Source: Octopus vulgaris (taxonomy: Eukaryota). From it: 64,000 bases of DNA. The translations under genes and the position numbers were made by a program. The stretch covers positions 99,324,001 to 99,388,000 of the forward strand of contig OX597821.1 in the NCBI GenBank assembly GCA_951406725.2, read 5' to 3'. Of the stretch, positions 27,401 to 39,019 are shown in pieces (within the stretch, counting starts at the first letter, position 1; each line of letters opens with the position of its first letter). The notes under the pieces are model-generated. The model made no database searches. It saw only the letters and a program-made list of their open reading frames with translations, and was not told the origin of the DNA.

Positions 27401-29347
27401 AAAAATAATGATGCACATGTATAGCTTAACTGTTTTTATAACATAACAATCCTTGTTGACTGCCATGACACTGCATCCTTTAAGGCCCTCATGCTTTCCG
27501 AAATCCGTCGAAACTACACCTGATTATATATGCACTTTAGATGAGTTGTAGTGCACCTGAGCACTGTACACAATGTTTATTATTATTATTATTATTATTA
27601 TTATAAGATATGAAATTTCCAGTAAGCAAGTAAGGGCTGTAGACAATACTTACTTGAATATTAGTTTTGATAATCCTCTGTCATTACCATCAATGTGTAT
27701 TTGGTCAGCGCAGCGGAAAATGAATTGGTTTTTAAGACTTTGAAAGAAAAGTGGATCATGAACTCTATAAATTGTGCCTGCGTTTAAAATAAATTAAGAT
27801 TCAGTAAAAATTTGGTAAACATAACAATATTGGAGTTAAACAGCCATCTATTTATGCTACTTGATATTTGTACACTGTTGATAGGTTAGTTACTGTGGTA
27901 TTTATCCTGAGATAACATCTCTTATGGAAAATAGGTGCAGGCGTGGTTGTGTGGTAAGAAGCTTGCTTCCCAACCACATGGTTCTGGGTTCAGTCCCATT
28001 GCGTGGCATCTTGTCTTCTACTATAGACTTGGGATAACCAAAGTCTTGTGAGTTGATTTGATAGATGGAAACTGAAAGAAGTCCATCACACACATATATA
28101 TATATATTCATGTGTTTATGCCTCTTTGTGTTTGTCCCACCATCATTGCTTGACAACTGGTGTCAGTGTGCTTATGCCTGTAACTTTGGCAAAGTGACTG
28201 ATAGAATAAGTACTAGGCTTAAAAATAATAAGTCCTGGGGTCAAATTGTTTGACAAAAGAACTCTTCAAGGTGGAGTTCCAGCATGGTCGCAGTCAAATG
28301 GCTAAAACTAAAAGAATACTGTACTTAAAACACACATCTCCCTCTGATATTTATTGGTTTTAACACAGTATGTCCATAAGAGATGCTATTTCAGGACAGC
28401 TACCACTGTAACTGGCCTATCAGCTGTGTATATACATTAGGTATGATACATAGGTAGCTCTTTTAAACATTCAGTAATAACAATAATACATAAAGAGTGA
28501 ATCCTGGAAACCTCTAGAAGTATTCATTCATGCTTGGGCTGGCAGCATTGTTGTGGTGAGCTAATTTAGATCTAGCTGCAAATTATTTAGGATTGCTGAT
28601 TAGTTCCAGGTGAATACTGATTGAGCAGGTCTATGAACAAAATCATTCCAGCTGTGACCATCATGTTTTTTTTCTTTGGTGGTGGTGGGGGATGTCTCTA
28701 GGATAAATGAGCATCACCATCATGTAAGCTTGATTGTGCATTTCCAGTCATCCATGAAAAGGAGGTTTAGCTATGAGAAAATGTTACCTTATTTGGAAAC
28801 AGGTGAGGGCTGGTGACAGCAAGAACTTCTAGCTGTAGAAAATCTGTCACAACAAATTCTCTTTGATCCATGCAAGCATGGAAAAGAAGGTGGGGAGCTG
28901 GCAGAAATGTTAGCACGCTGGGAGAAATGCTTAGTGGTATTTCGTCTGCCGCTACGTTCTGAGTTCAAATTCCGCCAAGGTCGACTTTGCCTTTCATCCT
29001 TTCGAGGTCAATAAATTAAGTACCAGTTACGCACTGGGGTCGATGTAATCGATCTAATCCCTTTGTCTGTCCTTGTTTGTCCTCTCTGTGTTTAGCCCCT
29101 TATGGGTAGTAAAGAAATGGGTATTTCGTCTGCCATTACGTTCTGAGTTCAAATTCCGCCGAGGTCAACTTTGCCGTTCATCCTTTTGAGGTCGATAAAT
29201 TAAGTACCAGTTACGAACTGGGGTCGATATAATCGACTTAATCCGTTTGTCTGTCCTTGTTTGTCCTCTCTGTGTTTAGCCCCTTGTGGGCAATAAAGAA
29301 ATAAGAGGACATTAAGACGACGATGATGATGATGGTGGTGGTGGTGG

Positions 29348-29378
<31 letters not shown>

Positions 29379-32300
29379 TCTAAAATGTTTTAATTAAACT
29401 TACCAGGATAAAGACAAACAAACGTGTTGGCTGGTATTGAACCTTTTGTGACAAATATGCCACCACCAGCTTCAGATAAACTACTGGATTTTCTCTCAAG
29501 GGTAAAGCCTAGAATTTCATGGCTGAGTGCTAAGCTATCCAAATGAATATCTGCATTTGTTGAGAATGGATTTCTGCTTAGAAAGCTTGTGCTTTTACAA
29601 AAATCTTCACAATTTCTAAATGTCTCTTTAGCTGTTTCATATCTGTATAAAGATTCGCAAAAACGCAGCAGATCTTCACGTATAAAGGAATCTGGAATGA
29701 GTTTATCTGATTGAGGACTTTCTACATGTCGCTTAGTTCTGAAAAAAAAAAAAATTAAAAAGCAAATTAACAAATTGTGTCTATGAGTGAGTGATTTAAT
29801 CCACAATGAAAATAATAAAATAGTGAAGATGAACTGCCCTTACTAAAGAGGAGCTACCCACCACAAAAGAATTGATATCCTAAAACCAAAGTACTACATA
29901 AAAAGTACACAATATCCTCTGTGAAGTGGTTGGCATAAGGAAGGGGATCTATCTAGAAGCCAAACCAAAGCAGACTATGGAACCTGGTGTGTCCCTTGAC
30001 CTTGCCAGTTCCTGTCAAGCCAGCCAACCTGTGACAGCATAGAAAACAGGCATTAAGTGATGATGATGATGATGATGAAGAGGATGATGATGATGATGAT
30101 AAAGAGCTTCTTACAATGCAAAAAGAAAAGAGTTTAATAGCCTTTATATTTTTTAGGCAAAAAGTTTCATTCTCAGAAATAAGCATCATCATCATCGTTT
30201 AACGTCCATTTTCTGCGCTAGCATGGGTTGGACGGTTCGACCGGGGTCTGGGAAGCCAGGGGCTGCACCAGGCTCCAGTCTGATCTGGCAGTGTTTCTAC
30301 AGCTGGATGCCCTTCCTAACACCAACCACTCCGCGAGTGTAGTGGGTGCTTTTTACCTGCCAGGGGAGTCTGGCATTGGCCACGATCGGTTGGTGCTTTT
30401 AACGTGTCACCGGCACAGAAGCCAGTCGAGGCGGCGCCGGCATCGGCCACGTTCGGATGGTGCTTTTTATGTGCCACTGGCACAGGTATCACAACTACTA
30501 TTTCCATTGATATTTATTTCGATGTTCATGTACTTGACTCAATAGGTCTCCTCAAGCACAGCGGGATGTTCTGGTATCCAAGGTACTTTGAATGGGCAGG
30601 GGCTATGCGGGACTAAAAAAATCAGTTATTTAAGAAAGGGATTAGGACATGGCTAGCCTTGACAAGAATGTTCACGGGAAAGTTTAATAACATCTAGAGC
30701 AGCAAAAGTGTCCCAAATAAGTTAAAAACAAAGCTAGTGCAAGTGCTCTATAAACTGTGCCTGTGTTTAAAATAAATTAAGATTCAGTAAAACTTTGGTA
30801 AACATAACTGAGGTAGCATTGAAGTTAAGCAGCCATCCAATGGTCTTTGTAAGAGACCCGTAACATTCTCCTATTCACCCACATTTCAAACACATTATGT
30901 TCTCTTCAAATTTGTCAGAGTCCATGCTTTGTGACCATAAATATCCTATTGGCCAAATCTCTGAGGAATCTAATCTGCTAAGACCTGTTCTTAATACTTA
31001 GTCTTTCAGAATGTAAACTTAACTCGCAAAATTTTTAGAGAACAAGGAACTGTTATGTGGTTGCTTGATCTGCTAGAAAAATAGCTAAATCTCCCTCTAA
31101 TCACACCCTACAGTCTGAAAACAAAACAAAAAAAAACATTAGATATAATCTGGGGAACACTACACCTAGAAAAAGCAAAAGGACAATAGTCATAGCTAGA
31201 ACGTCTGTAATTATATATCTGCCAAATCAAGGGGTTCGAAGCCAAACAACTCAGTAATTTTTCTCATATAACCAATCAAAGAGACCTCTATTTGGTTGTT
31301 CAAGGTGCCAGAAATAGCAGCCAAATTGCTCTCAAATCATAATCTGCTGTTTTGGAATGGGAAACAGAAGGAAACATTGAACAATGTATCTTTAATGTAA
31401 AAAAAAGGATGGCCTGATAAAGGTTAACTGGAAACTAAACAAAATTTTTGAAGTCTCTCTCTACACACACATTTTTGTGTATAACAGACACATCCTCTGA
31501 TTTTAATATCCATTTTACCAAACTTGCATGTATCAGACAAAATTTTTGAAGATACCTGTACATATTTACATAATGCCTAGTGAATCTCTCTCTTTCTCTA
31601 AATACACAGATGTATAATAGACACATTTATACTATGCCTAATTAGTTTCTCTCTCTCTCTCTCTCTGGACACAAACACACAGGTATAATAGACACAGTTA
31701 TATAAAGTCTAGTTAGTTAAGCATTTATAAGCTTGTATTAACAATGTGTATGAAACAACATTATTCTTGAGAAAAAATACAAATTATATAGATTTTATTG
31801 TTGTTGGCAACTTAACCTGTTTTTGCATCTAGACGAAGCCAACTCCATGTATGATAATAAAAACATCACTAATGCTATAAAATCTCATTTATAGACAGTA
31901 GTCTATAAATTTGTGCCCAAGTAAGAAATTATTATGCATCATAACTAATGTATTTTTGTTTGCAGCCAAACTGGTTGAGAAAGACAGACATGACAGGGGA
32001 AAGGGAATGAGTGGCAGTCCAAAATATTTAATGGAGGTGAGGGAAAATTAAAGAATAACATTGAGCTGTAGTGAGAGGTTTTTCAATGGCTGGCATAGCA
32101 GTGAAACTACAAGTTTTTGTATATATTTTTACAGTTCTTTTCGCTTTGACCGACAGATTTTTAAAATAATTTCTTTGTAACTAAACACTTTTAAACTTCG
32201 TATACGGGTAGAATGTGTTTATAAAACATCATTTTCTCTTGGCTTTCTTGAGAAAATTCTGTAGTTTGTAAGCTATTTCTTGTTTATTTTCTTGCATTTC

Positions 32301-35300
32301 AGCAATTTCAACCAATCAATGACGCCTATTGAGGTGAATTCAAAAGCGAAAAGATCCAAAAATTAAAATTGGCTTAAGATCAACAAGTGTGCGCTCAAGT
32401 CACTTGCAAAAATTTTCACAACCCACGCTAACACATGCCCCACTCCAATTTTCCCATGCCCCATCGGTGGGGTATATACTGTTCTAAAGTAATGCACTCT
32501 GTTAAGTGGTTGGCATTAAGAAGGGCATCCAGTCATAGAAACCATGCCATAACAGACAATTGGAGTCTGAACAGCTCTGTTTCAAACGATCCAACCCATG
32601 CAAGTGTGGAAAGCAAATGTTAATGTGTGTGTGTGCAAATTTCCATAATCTAAAATCAACATGTGATATGTTTGGTCTACAGTTCATTTTCTTATTTTCT
32701 CTTTTTTTCTCTTTACTTTTGAATATAAACTATAAAATTAAGTAAAAATGGATCTTTTCGGTTTGAACGGCAGTTTTTTAAAATAATTTCCACATAACTA
32801 AACACTTTTAAACTTCGTATACTGGTAGAATGTGTTCATAAAACATCTTTTTCTCTTGGGATATTTTTGGTTTGAACGGCAGTTTTTTCTAGTGGTGTCA
32901 TATGAAATTGTCACCCATAATTATGACCCTAGTATCGATCTATTGCATTTCAATCTGTTTTAGGGTTAAAGGTGGGGGAAGGGTATCTTTTTTTTTCACA
33001 AATGTAAATAAACCCAATCTGTTTCTTAAACGAGGGACATATTCATACGGCACAGAATGTCTTTTACTTCAATAGACGTCATTGATTGGTTGAAATTGCA
33101 GAAATTGAAGAAAAAAACAACAAATATTTTACAAACTATAGAATTTTCTCAATAAAGCCAAGAGAAGGATCTTTTCGCTTTGATCGACAGATTTTTAAAA
33201 TAATTTCTTTGTTTAGTTACGTGGAAATTATTTTAAAAAACTGCCGTTCAAACCGAAAAGATACAAAATTTCGAAAAAAAGTTTAAAACGAAGGGGGTAA
33301 ATTTCAAAATGCCGAATTTTGCCAATGTTTTTGCAGATTCGTATCCCGAAAACGGGGTTTTGTGTAGAAAAAAAATATTTTAAAAAGGTGTGTGGGGGGG
33401 TAGTACAAAATGAAGTCTTGCCAAAAAAATGTCTAAAAAAGTGAAAAACTGGGGGTGGGGGTTGAATTAAAATTTTGAAATGCCGATTTTTTTGCAGATT
33501 CAGAACCTCCATAGTCGAAAAGGTGGCTTTCTGTTGAGAAAAAAAAAAACCTAAAGGCGGGCGCGGTCAATGTTCTTTACCTCCGCCAGGAAAGTGGGTT
33601 AAACTAAAGCGTTAAACCCGGTAAAAAAAAAACAAAAAAAATTTGTGTAATAGGTGTAAAACAACTTCCTCTAAACGAATGGGAAAAAAAAAATGCGCGC
33701 ACGCGAAAGGGGAGAGGCCTCGGAAAATTCACATTGGGAATTTCCGAAAGCGTCTGAAGGGCTGACCCGGGCACCAAAACAAAAAAAAAATAGTGTGATA
33801 TGTGTAAAACAACTTGCTCTAAACGAATATGACAAAAAAAATGCGCACTCGCGAAAGGGGTGTGGGGGAGAGGCCTCGGAAAATTTACATCGGGAATGTA
33901 AGTTTTACACCTATCACACAAATTTTTTTGTTTTTTTTGACCGGGTTTAACGCTTTAGTTTATCCAGAAAGTGTTACTTATGTACATATTCAACAATTTT
34001 ATTGACTTTGTTTATCCTCAGCCGTCGAACATATGTAAAAACACACACAAAAGTCAGCAGGAGACCACGTGGTGTCATGATAGCGTAATTCAAAAGTCAT
34101 TCATAAATATTCCACACGTTATTATCTAAATCGTAGGTTAACATGTAAACAGAACCGTCACGTGGCTGAAGTCATCGCTGTCATCTATGCTGCACGCACC
34201 AGCCCGCCAGAGCAAGTGCATAACTATACCTTGTTCAATACCACAGATGCATGTAGGTGCAATCGATCGTTCATTTTGTCACAATAGGGTTCAAAGGTCA
34301 GACGATGTGAATTTTCCGAGTCTTCTCCCTGACACCTCCGTTCGCGAGCGCGGTTTCTTTAACATATTCGTTTAGAACAAGTTGTTTTACATCTATTACA
34401 CTATTTTTGTTTTTGTTTCTGGCTGTGTTGTGGACGACTCGGAACATTCACGATGTGAACTTTCCGAGTTCTCTCTCCCACCCACCCACCGTTCGCGAAC
34501 GCGCATTTTTTTTTTTTTTTTTCATATTCGTTTAGTCAATAACTTTCTCACTGTTGATTTAATCCTTAATGAATCTTCGTAATATGTTCTCGAAGGAGAT
34601 ATTCAGATTCTGTGGTTAAGAACGGTTTTAGAAAAAGTTGATAATTAGTTATAATATTGAAAAAGACAAAAAATTTTAAAAAGGGTATGTTCGGAGCATG
34701 CGCACATACAGCTCTAATTTTTCGCTCATTTCAGTTATTATACTGCGGCAATGCTGGGGCACCACATTGAAGGGTTTAGTCGAGTAGATCAACCCAGTGT
34801 TTATTTTTTAAGTCGATACTTATTCTATCGGCCTTTTTCGCCGAACCGCCAGGTTATAAGGACGTAAACAAACCAACACCGGCTGCGAAGCGGTTGTTGG
34901 GTACAAACACATACACATATATAGGTATACGACAGGCTTCTTTCAGGTTTCATCTACCAAATTCATTCATGACGACTTTGGTCAGCCCAAGGCTATAGTC
35001 GAAGAAAATTGCCCAAGGTACCATGCAGTGGAACTGAACCTGAAACCATGCGGTTGGGAAGCAAGCTTCTTACTGCATAGCCACGCCTGCACATATTCAT
35101 TTTTATTTTTAAAGAAATTTTATTTCTCCAGATTTACATGTTTTAAAAGTCGCAAATGAAAATTCATTAACAGAAAACATCTTTCATAATTTTAATATTC
35201 TCTTTTAAGTTTCGTTTCCCTGGAAAACACTTTCAAAGGAATCGAAAAAGCGCTTATGACTTTTATGTTTATAAGAGGAACTATAGAAGACAGGACTGAG

Positions 35301-35461
35301 AATTTTGGAAAAAAAGTAGTAGCTTAGAGATTTATTATTGCTAGTATAAGAAAAGTTTTCAATAAAAAAAGTTACCTATTAGTCCAGTTGAAAGCTAACC
35401 ATGGAGTAAATCGGTGCCTGTACTGTCGCCATCTCTTTATCCAAGAACTCATGAGGGCCAT
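20144..35461 (-). CDS. SETD9: SET domain-containing protein 9, 6 coding exons, 294 aa
   Basis: Exons 35461-35376, 29738-29404, 27777-27654, 24988-24873, 22630-22507 and 20243-20144 total 885 nt with GT-AG junctions in phase. Motifs WRQYRHRFTPWLAFN, AGGGIFVTKG...YPGTIY, FIFRCAD..IDGNDRGLSK, NPLAVGQYVNN, ANVAYQEFD and GEELFSTY match SETD9. Confidence 0.95.
20868..21167 (-). mobile_element. tRNA-headed SINE with an 11 bp target-site duplication
   Basis: CAAATATCCAG at 20857-20867 and 21168-21178; minus-strand head TGGCCCGGTGGTTAGG...GTTTCAATTCCC and an A-rich tail. Confidence 0.8.
22507..22630 (-). CDS. SETD9: SETD9 exon 5
   Basis: (E)FPANVAYQEFDISSNFPIHLSRYLPYVEYSGGLNLYNSVN|gtaggt. Confidence 0.93.
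22681..22897. mobile_element. Mariner-derived MITE
   Basis: TIRs GAGGGAGTGCTGAAAAGTTCCTGG and CTAGGAGCTTTTCAGCACCCC, with TA on the left flank. Confidence 0.7.
23786..23948 (+). repeat. ~60 bp x3 tandem repeat within an RTE 3' UTR copy
   Basis: gccagcctcgtctggcacctgtgtcggtggcacataaaa... repeated three times. Confidence 0.85.
24873..24988 (-). CDS. SETD9: SETD9 exon 4
   Basis: (K)SCTHRDRRFPYWTADATWMSTWPVNPLAVGQYVNNQTP|gtaaat. Confidence 0.95.
25620..26185 (+). mobile_element. CR1-clade LINE 3' end
   Basis: YVTLVRPILEYG...LERVQKLATRMV then a frameshift to LSYEERLRTLDLYSLEKRCRRGDLI...RGHSEKL...FSVRVADPWNKLP; (TAAC)n tail. Confidence 0.9.
27654..27777 (-). CDS. SETD9: SETD9 exon 3
   Basis: (G)TIYRVHDPLFFQSLKNQFIFRCADQIHIDGNDRGLSKLIF|gtaagt. 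Confidence 0.95.
29404..29738 (-). CDS. SETD9: SETD9 exon 2
   Basis: Poly-T acceptor; (R)TKRHVESPQSDKLIPD...LGFTLERKSSSLSEAGGGIFVTKGSIPANTFVCLYP|gtaag-like donor. Confidence 0.94.
32750..33264. mobile_element. Non-autonomous DNA element with ~55 bp TIRs (GGATCTTTTCGGTTTGAACGGCAG...)
   Basis: TIRs at 32750-32804 and 33210-33264 with AAAAT on both flanks. Internal partial TIR copies are present, and a related relic lies at about 32134-32357. Confidence 0.75.
33597..33965. mobile_element. TIR element carrying ~150 bp tandem units; 8-bp TSD-like flanks
   Basis: ~65 bp TIRs (GGTTAAACTAAAGCGTTAAACCCGG.../...CCGGGTTTAACGCTTTAGTTTATCC), flanked by GGAAAGTG and AGAAAGTG. It holds two internal units, and more units occur in reverse orientation at about 34300-34535. 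Confidence 0.75.
35376..35461 (-). CDS. SETD9: SETD9 exon 1
   Basis: MALMSSWIKRWRQYRHRFTPWLAFNWTN+AG|gtaac; the start could be the second ATG (Met4). Confidence 0.88.
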
Positions 35462-36367
35462 TTTATAAAAATGTATACCAAAGGCAACTGCATTTACTCA
35501 TAATGAGGCCCAAAATATTTTATTCATATTTGTTTTTCTTTCCCAACGACTTTTGTGAAATATTTTTTTATGAATTACAAATATTCTAAATATATTTCCG
35601 CTGCATTTTCGATTCCCTTGGTCCACTTGCAGTTTTCATTGTTACCTGCCCTTGAGAGAAATGTCATTCGCTTGTAAAGGGTATTGTCATTTATTGTGTA
35701 CTGTCTGAAAGCAAATGGGATGGAGTTCTGATCGAAGCACACCATATAACCCCTCATAACTGTTACAGGAAGAGGTTATCTGAGGAGGCTCTTACATTAG
35801 CAGTTCAGAAAAGACAGAGGGGTAAAGTCGCTCTGCGGGTGCAGCACATTTTAAAGCCCACGAAGAAAGAGAGAGAGAGCTGTAACTAGTCGCTGGATCT
35901 GCTAGAAATAGCAGTATAAATCTCGCTCAGATCACACCCCACACCGTCTTAGAAAAAAGGACAGGCGTTGGAAAATGTCCTAGTTTCATTGTATCTAAAA
36001 AGAAAGAAAAACAACAACAAAAGCCGGGATGGTTACGAAGGGATCATCTTGGTCATAGGACTTTTGAATAGGACCTGACCTATGGCTAAACAGCAACAAG
36101 TTTCTATAAGGAACTGTCCTGCTCTTTCCTTAGGCTCCTAAATCTTAGGGTTTGTTGGATGAGACTTTTAAGATAAACCTTTTGAAACTTATTACTTCAA
36201 ATAAAAACTGAATGTGATTTTTAAAAAATAGTTGTTTTCTGATATTTGTTTATTTTCTCCTCAAGTCTATTTACACCGGTGAATGAGAAAACTGTCGCAC
36301 ATGCGCAGTAACTGTTACCATTTAAGTCGGAGGAGATTGTGACACACTGTCACACCAATTTCTCACC
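35462..36367. promoter_or_regulatory. Putative bidirectional promoter and 5' UTRs of SETD9 and EIF2B2
   Basis: 906 bp between divergent ATGs, with an NRF1-like CGCACATGCGCA at about 36296-36307. Confidence 0.6.
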
Positions 36368-36441
36368 ATGCCGTCTGGAAATGTTGATAAAAGGGATGTG
36401 AATGAACGGATCGAAAGTTTTCTGTCGGAATTAAAAGCGCA
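36368..36441 (+). CDS. EIF2B2: EIF2B2 exon 1
   Basis: caccATG Kozak context; [24 protein letters not shown]|gttagt. Confidence 0.9.
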
Positions 36442-38969
36442 GTTAGTAACCACGTTTATATTCAACTAGAATGCCTACATATATATATATATATGTTTTT
36501 TTTTACACTTGATATTTGAAAGCTTGATGTACATATACATATTGTAATATTTTGTTTTCAAAGACATTAATCACTTTCTCCGAAACTGTTTAAAATCATT
36601 TTGTTCTTTGCGCAAATAAATAATTGAATCGAATGTGGATGATGAAATTATGCTTTAACATACTCGCACACAGATATATTACTGGTGTGTGTGTGTTTGC
36701 TTGTGACTAAATCGGGCTAATTACCATCTGAAACAATTAGTGAAATCGTGGTATACACGAGCCAATCGTCCTGGTTTCCTAGTGACAGCTGTGCTTTAAA
36801 TATAATGGTTTGTGATTTAGATACAAGACCAGCACTTGAGGCAAGGGGTTAATTCGATATAATCTACCCCAGTACTTGTGTTATATTTTATTTTATCGAG
36901 CTCAGAGGTATGGAAGGCGAAGTTGGACCACGGCAGAATTAGAACTCTGCATTTTGTCCGACGCTCAAACGATTCTATATAATGAAAACAAAACGTAACC
37001 ATAGTAAAGAAATATAAAATTTCTGCGGAAATCCTGCCCACTACTAAATTTTATTTGTATGTTATTTTGGTAAATTCTTAGTTTTATACCTGTCTCACTT
37101 TGAAGGAAAGATTTACCAAAGAACACATGTTTCCCGACGGTTTTAATAGTCGAATTAGTTTAAAACGTATCAATGCTTCATTGACGTAAATGATGGTAGT
37201 AACGAAATAATAACAAAAAGTGTATTGGCGATCTTTCGTTACAAGAGCAATCGCATGTGGTCCAGTTGACGTAAACGGTACTCATACCGTAAGATCGCCA
37301 GTGTATTTATCCTGAACAAAATACTTTAATAGTTGGAACACTTGAATACACAACACTCATCGTTGGAACCGACGGAGATCCATTGAACGTATTTACTCGA
37401 TAAAATGCGATCTCATTCGACGCCACATTCTCTACCAAAATATCTATAATATACTCTCTTATTTTTATTTAAACTCGAATATAATGTCCTGTACCTTCAC
37501 CGAATTTCTCTCATACAGGAGTTTTTACTATAAGGTATAGGACTTCGAAGGACAGCTGTTCCAGACCTCCGCCGGTATTATCGTTACAAAGATAAGAGCA
37601 TCTATCTTTTATCTTGTCATGTATAAGATAGAAATATGTTTGTGATCCTTATGTTCCTCCGTTATTCTTTTCTTACCACTTCAAATTTTTTTAACGCCCA
37701 TTAAAATATTCCATTCCTAAACCTTAACTGTAAATCCTAACCACTATCTGAACCCCTGCCTATTAAATTAAATATTACAGTATACACTGGTAAGCCAGAG
37801 GACTGTGCCGAATCCACTGTCTGCTTTGGCATGGTATTTAGGGCTGGAATTCCCTCTCTAACGCCAACCACTCTACAGAGAATTGAATGCATTTTATGAA
37901 GCACCAGCAAGGTCACCAAATAAGTTGCAAGACAAAGATCTTTCAAGTGTATGAGAGAAAAACGAAGCATGGCATGAATTTGGTATTCCTTTTATTTCAC
38001 ATGTTATGCATTTTTGTGTGATCAATCGGCGTAGGAGTAGCTGTGTGGTAAGTAGCTTGCTTACCAACCACATGGTTCCGGGTTCAGTCCCACTGCGTGG
38101 CACCTTGGGCAAGTGTCTTCTACTATAGCCTCGGGCCAACCAAAGCCTTGTGAGTGGATTTGGTAGAAGGAAACTGAAAGAAGCCCTTCGTATATATGTG
38201 TGTGTGTATATATGTATATGTTTGTGTGTCTGTGTTTGTCCCCCAACATCGTTTGACAACCGATTCTGGCGTGTTTACGTCCCCGTAACTTAGCAGTTCG
38301 GCAAAAGAGACCGATAGAATAAGTACTAGGCTTACAAAGGATAAGTCCTGGGGTCTGTTTGCTTGACTAAAGGCAGTGCTCCAGCATGGCCACAGTCAAA
38401 TGGCTGAAATGAGTAAAAGAGTAATAATCCATGATGCCAAATCATAAATGTGATTTTACAAAGAGTATTCGATCGTAGCAAATGCATCATCAAATAGGGT
38501 TGAAATACAAATAATGAACATCCAAGCATCTTGAGAGATACTCAGCAACCAATGGAAATAAGGAAAGTGGGCTAGGATAGTAGTTTGGCTATAGTGAAAA
38601 CTGTATTTCATGAGAAATAATGATATGATGGAAAACAGCTGTGTTAGTACAGGAATTGTAGGCAACAGTTAGAATGGAGAGAAAGGTCAGAGTGTTATAT
38701 ATAGATAGAGAAATGAAATTATCAAAATCTTATAGGAAAGGTGTGGGACTTCCTCCAACAGTAAATTCTATGTTTTTTCAACTATTACTTAATAAACAAA
38801 TTTGATGATAATGATAAAATTTTTTATATGATTTGTTTCATTTCAGAGTCTTCTTTAGTTCTCACTATCTTGCTCATCATGTACTTGATCTGCTTGTACA
38901 AATCATCTCTGAATATGAATGGAATAATGCCAAGTAAGTAATTCTCTGCTGATTGTGTGTGTGTGTATA

Positions 38970-39019
<50 letters not shown>

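Noticed and set aside
35575-35757. 60 aa ORF between SETD9 and EIF2B2
   Set aside because: No homology recognised; at most an upstream ORF.
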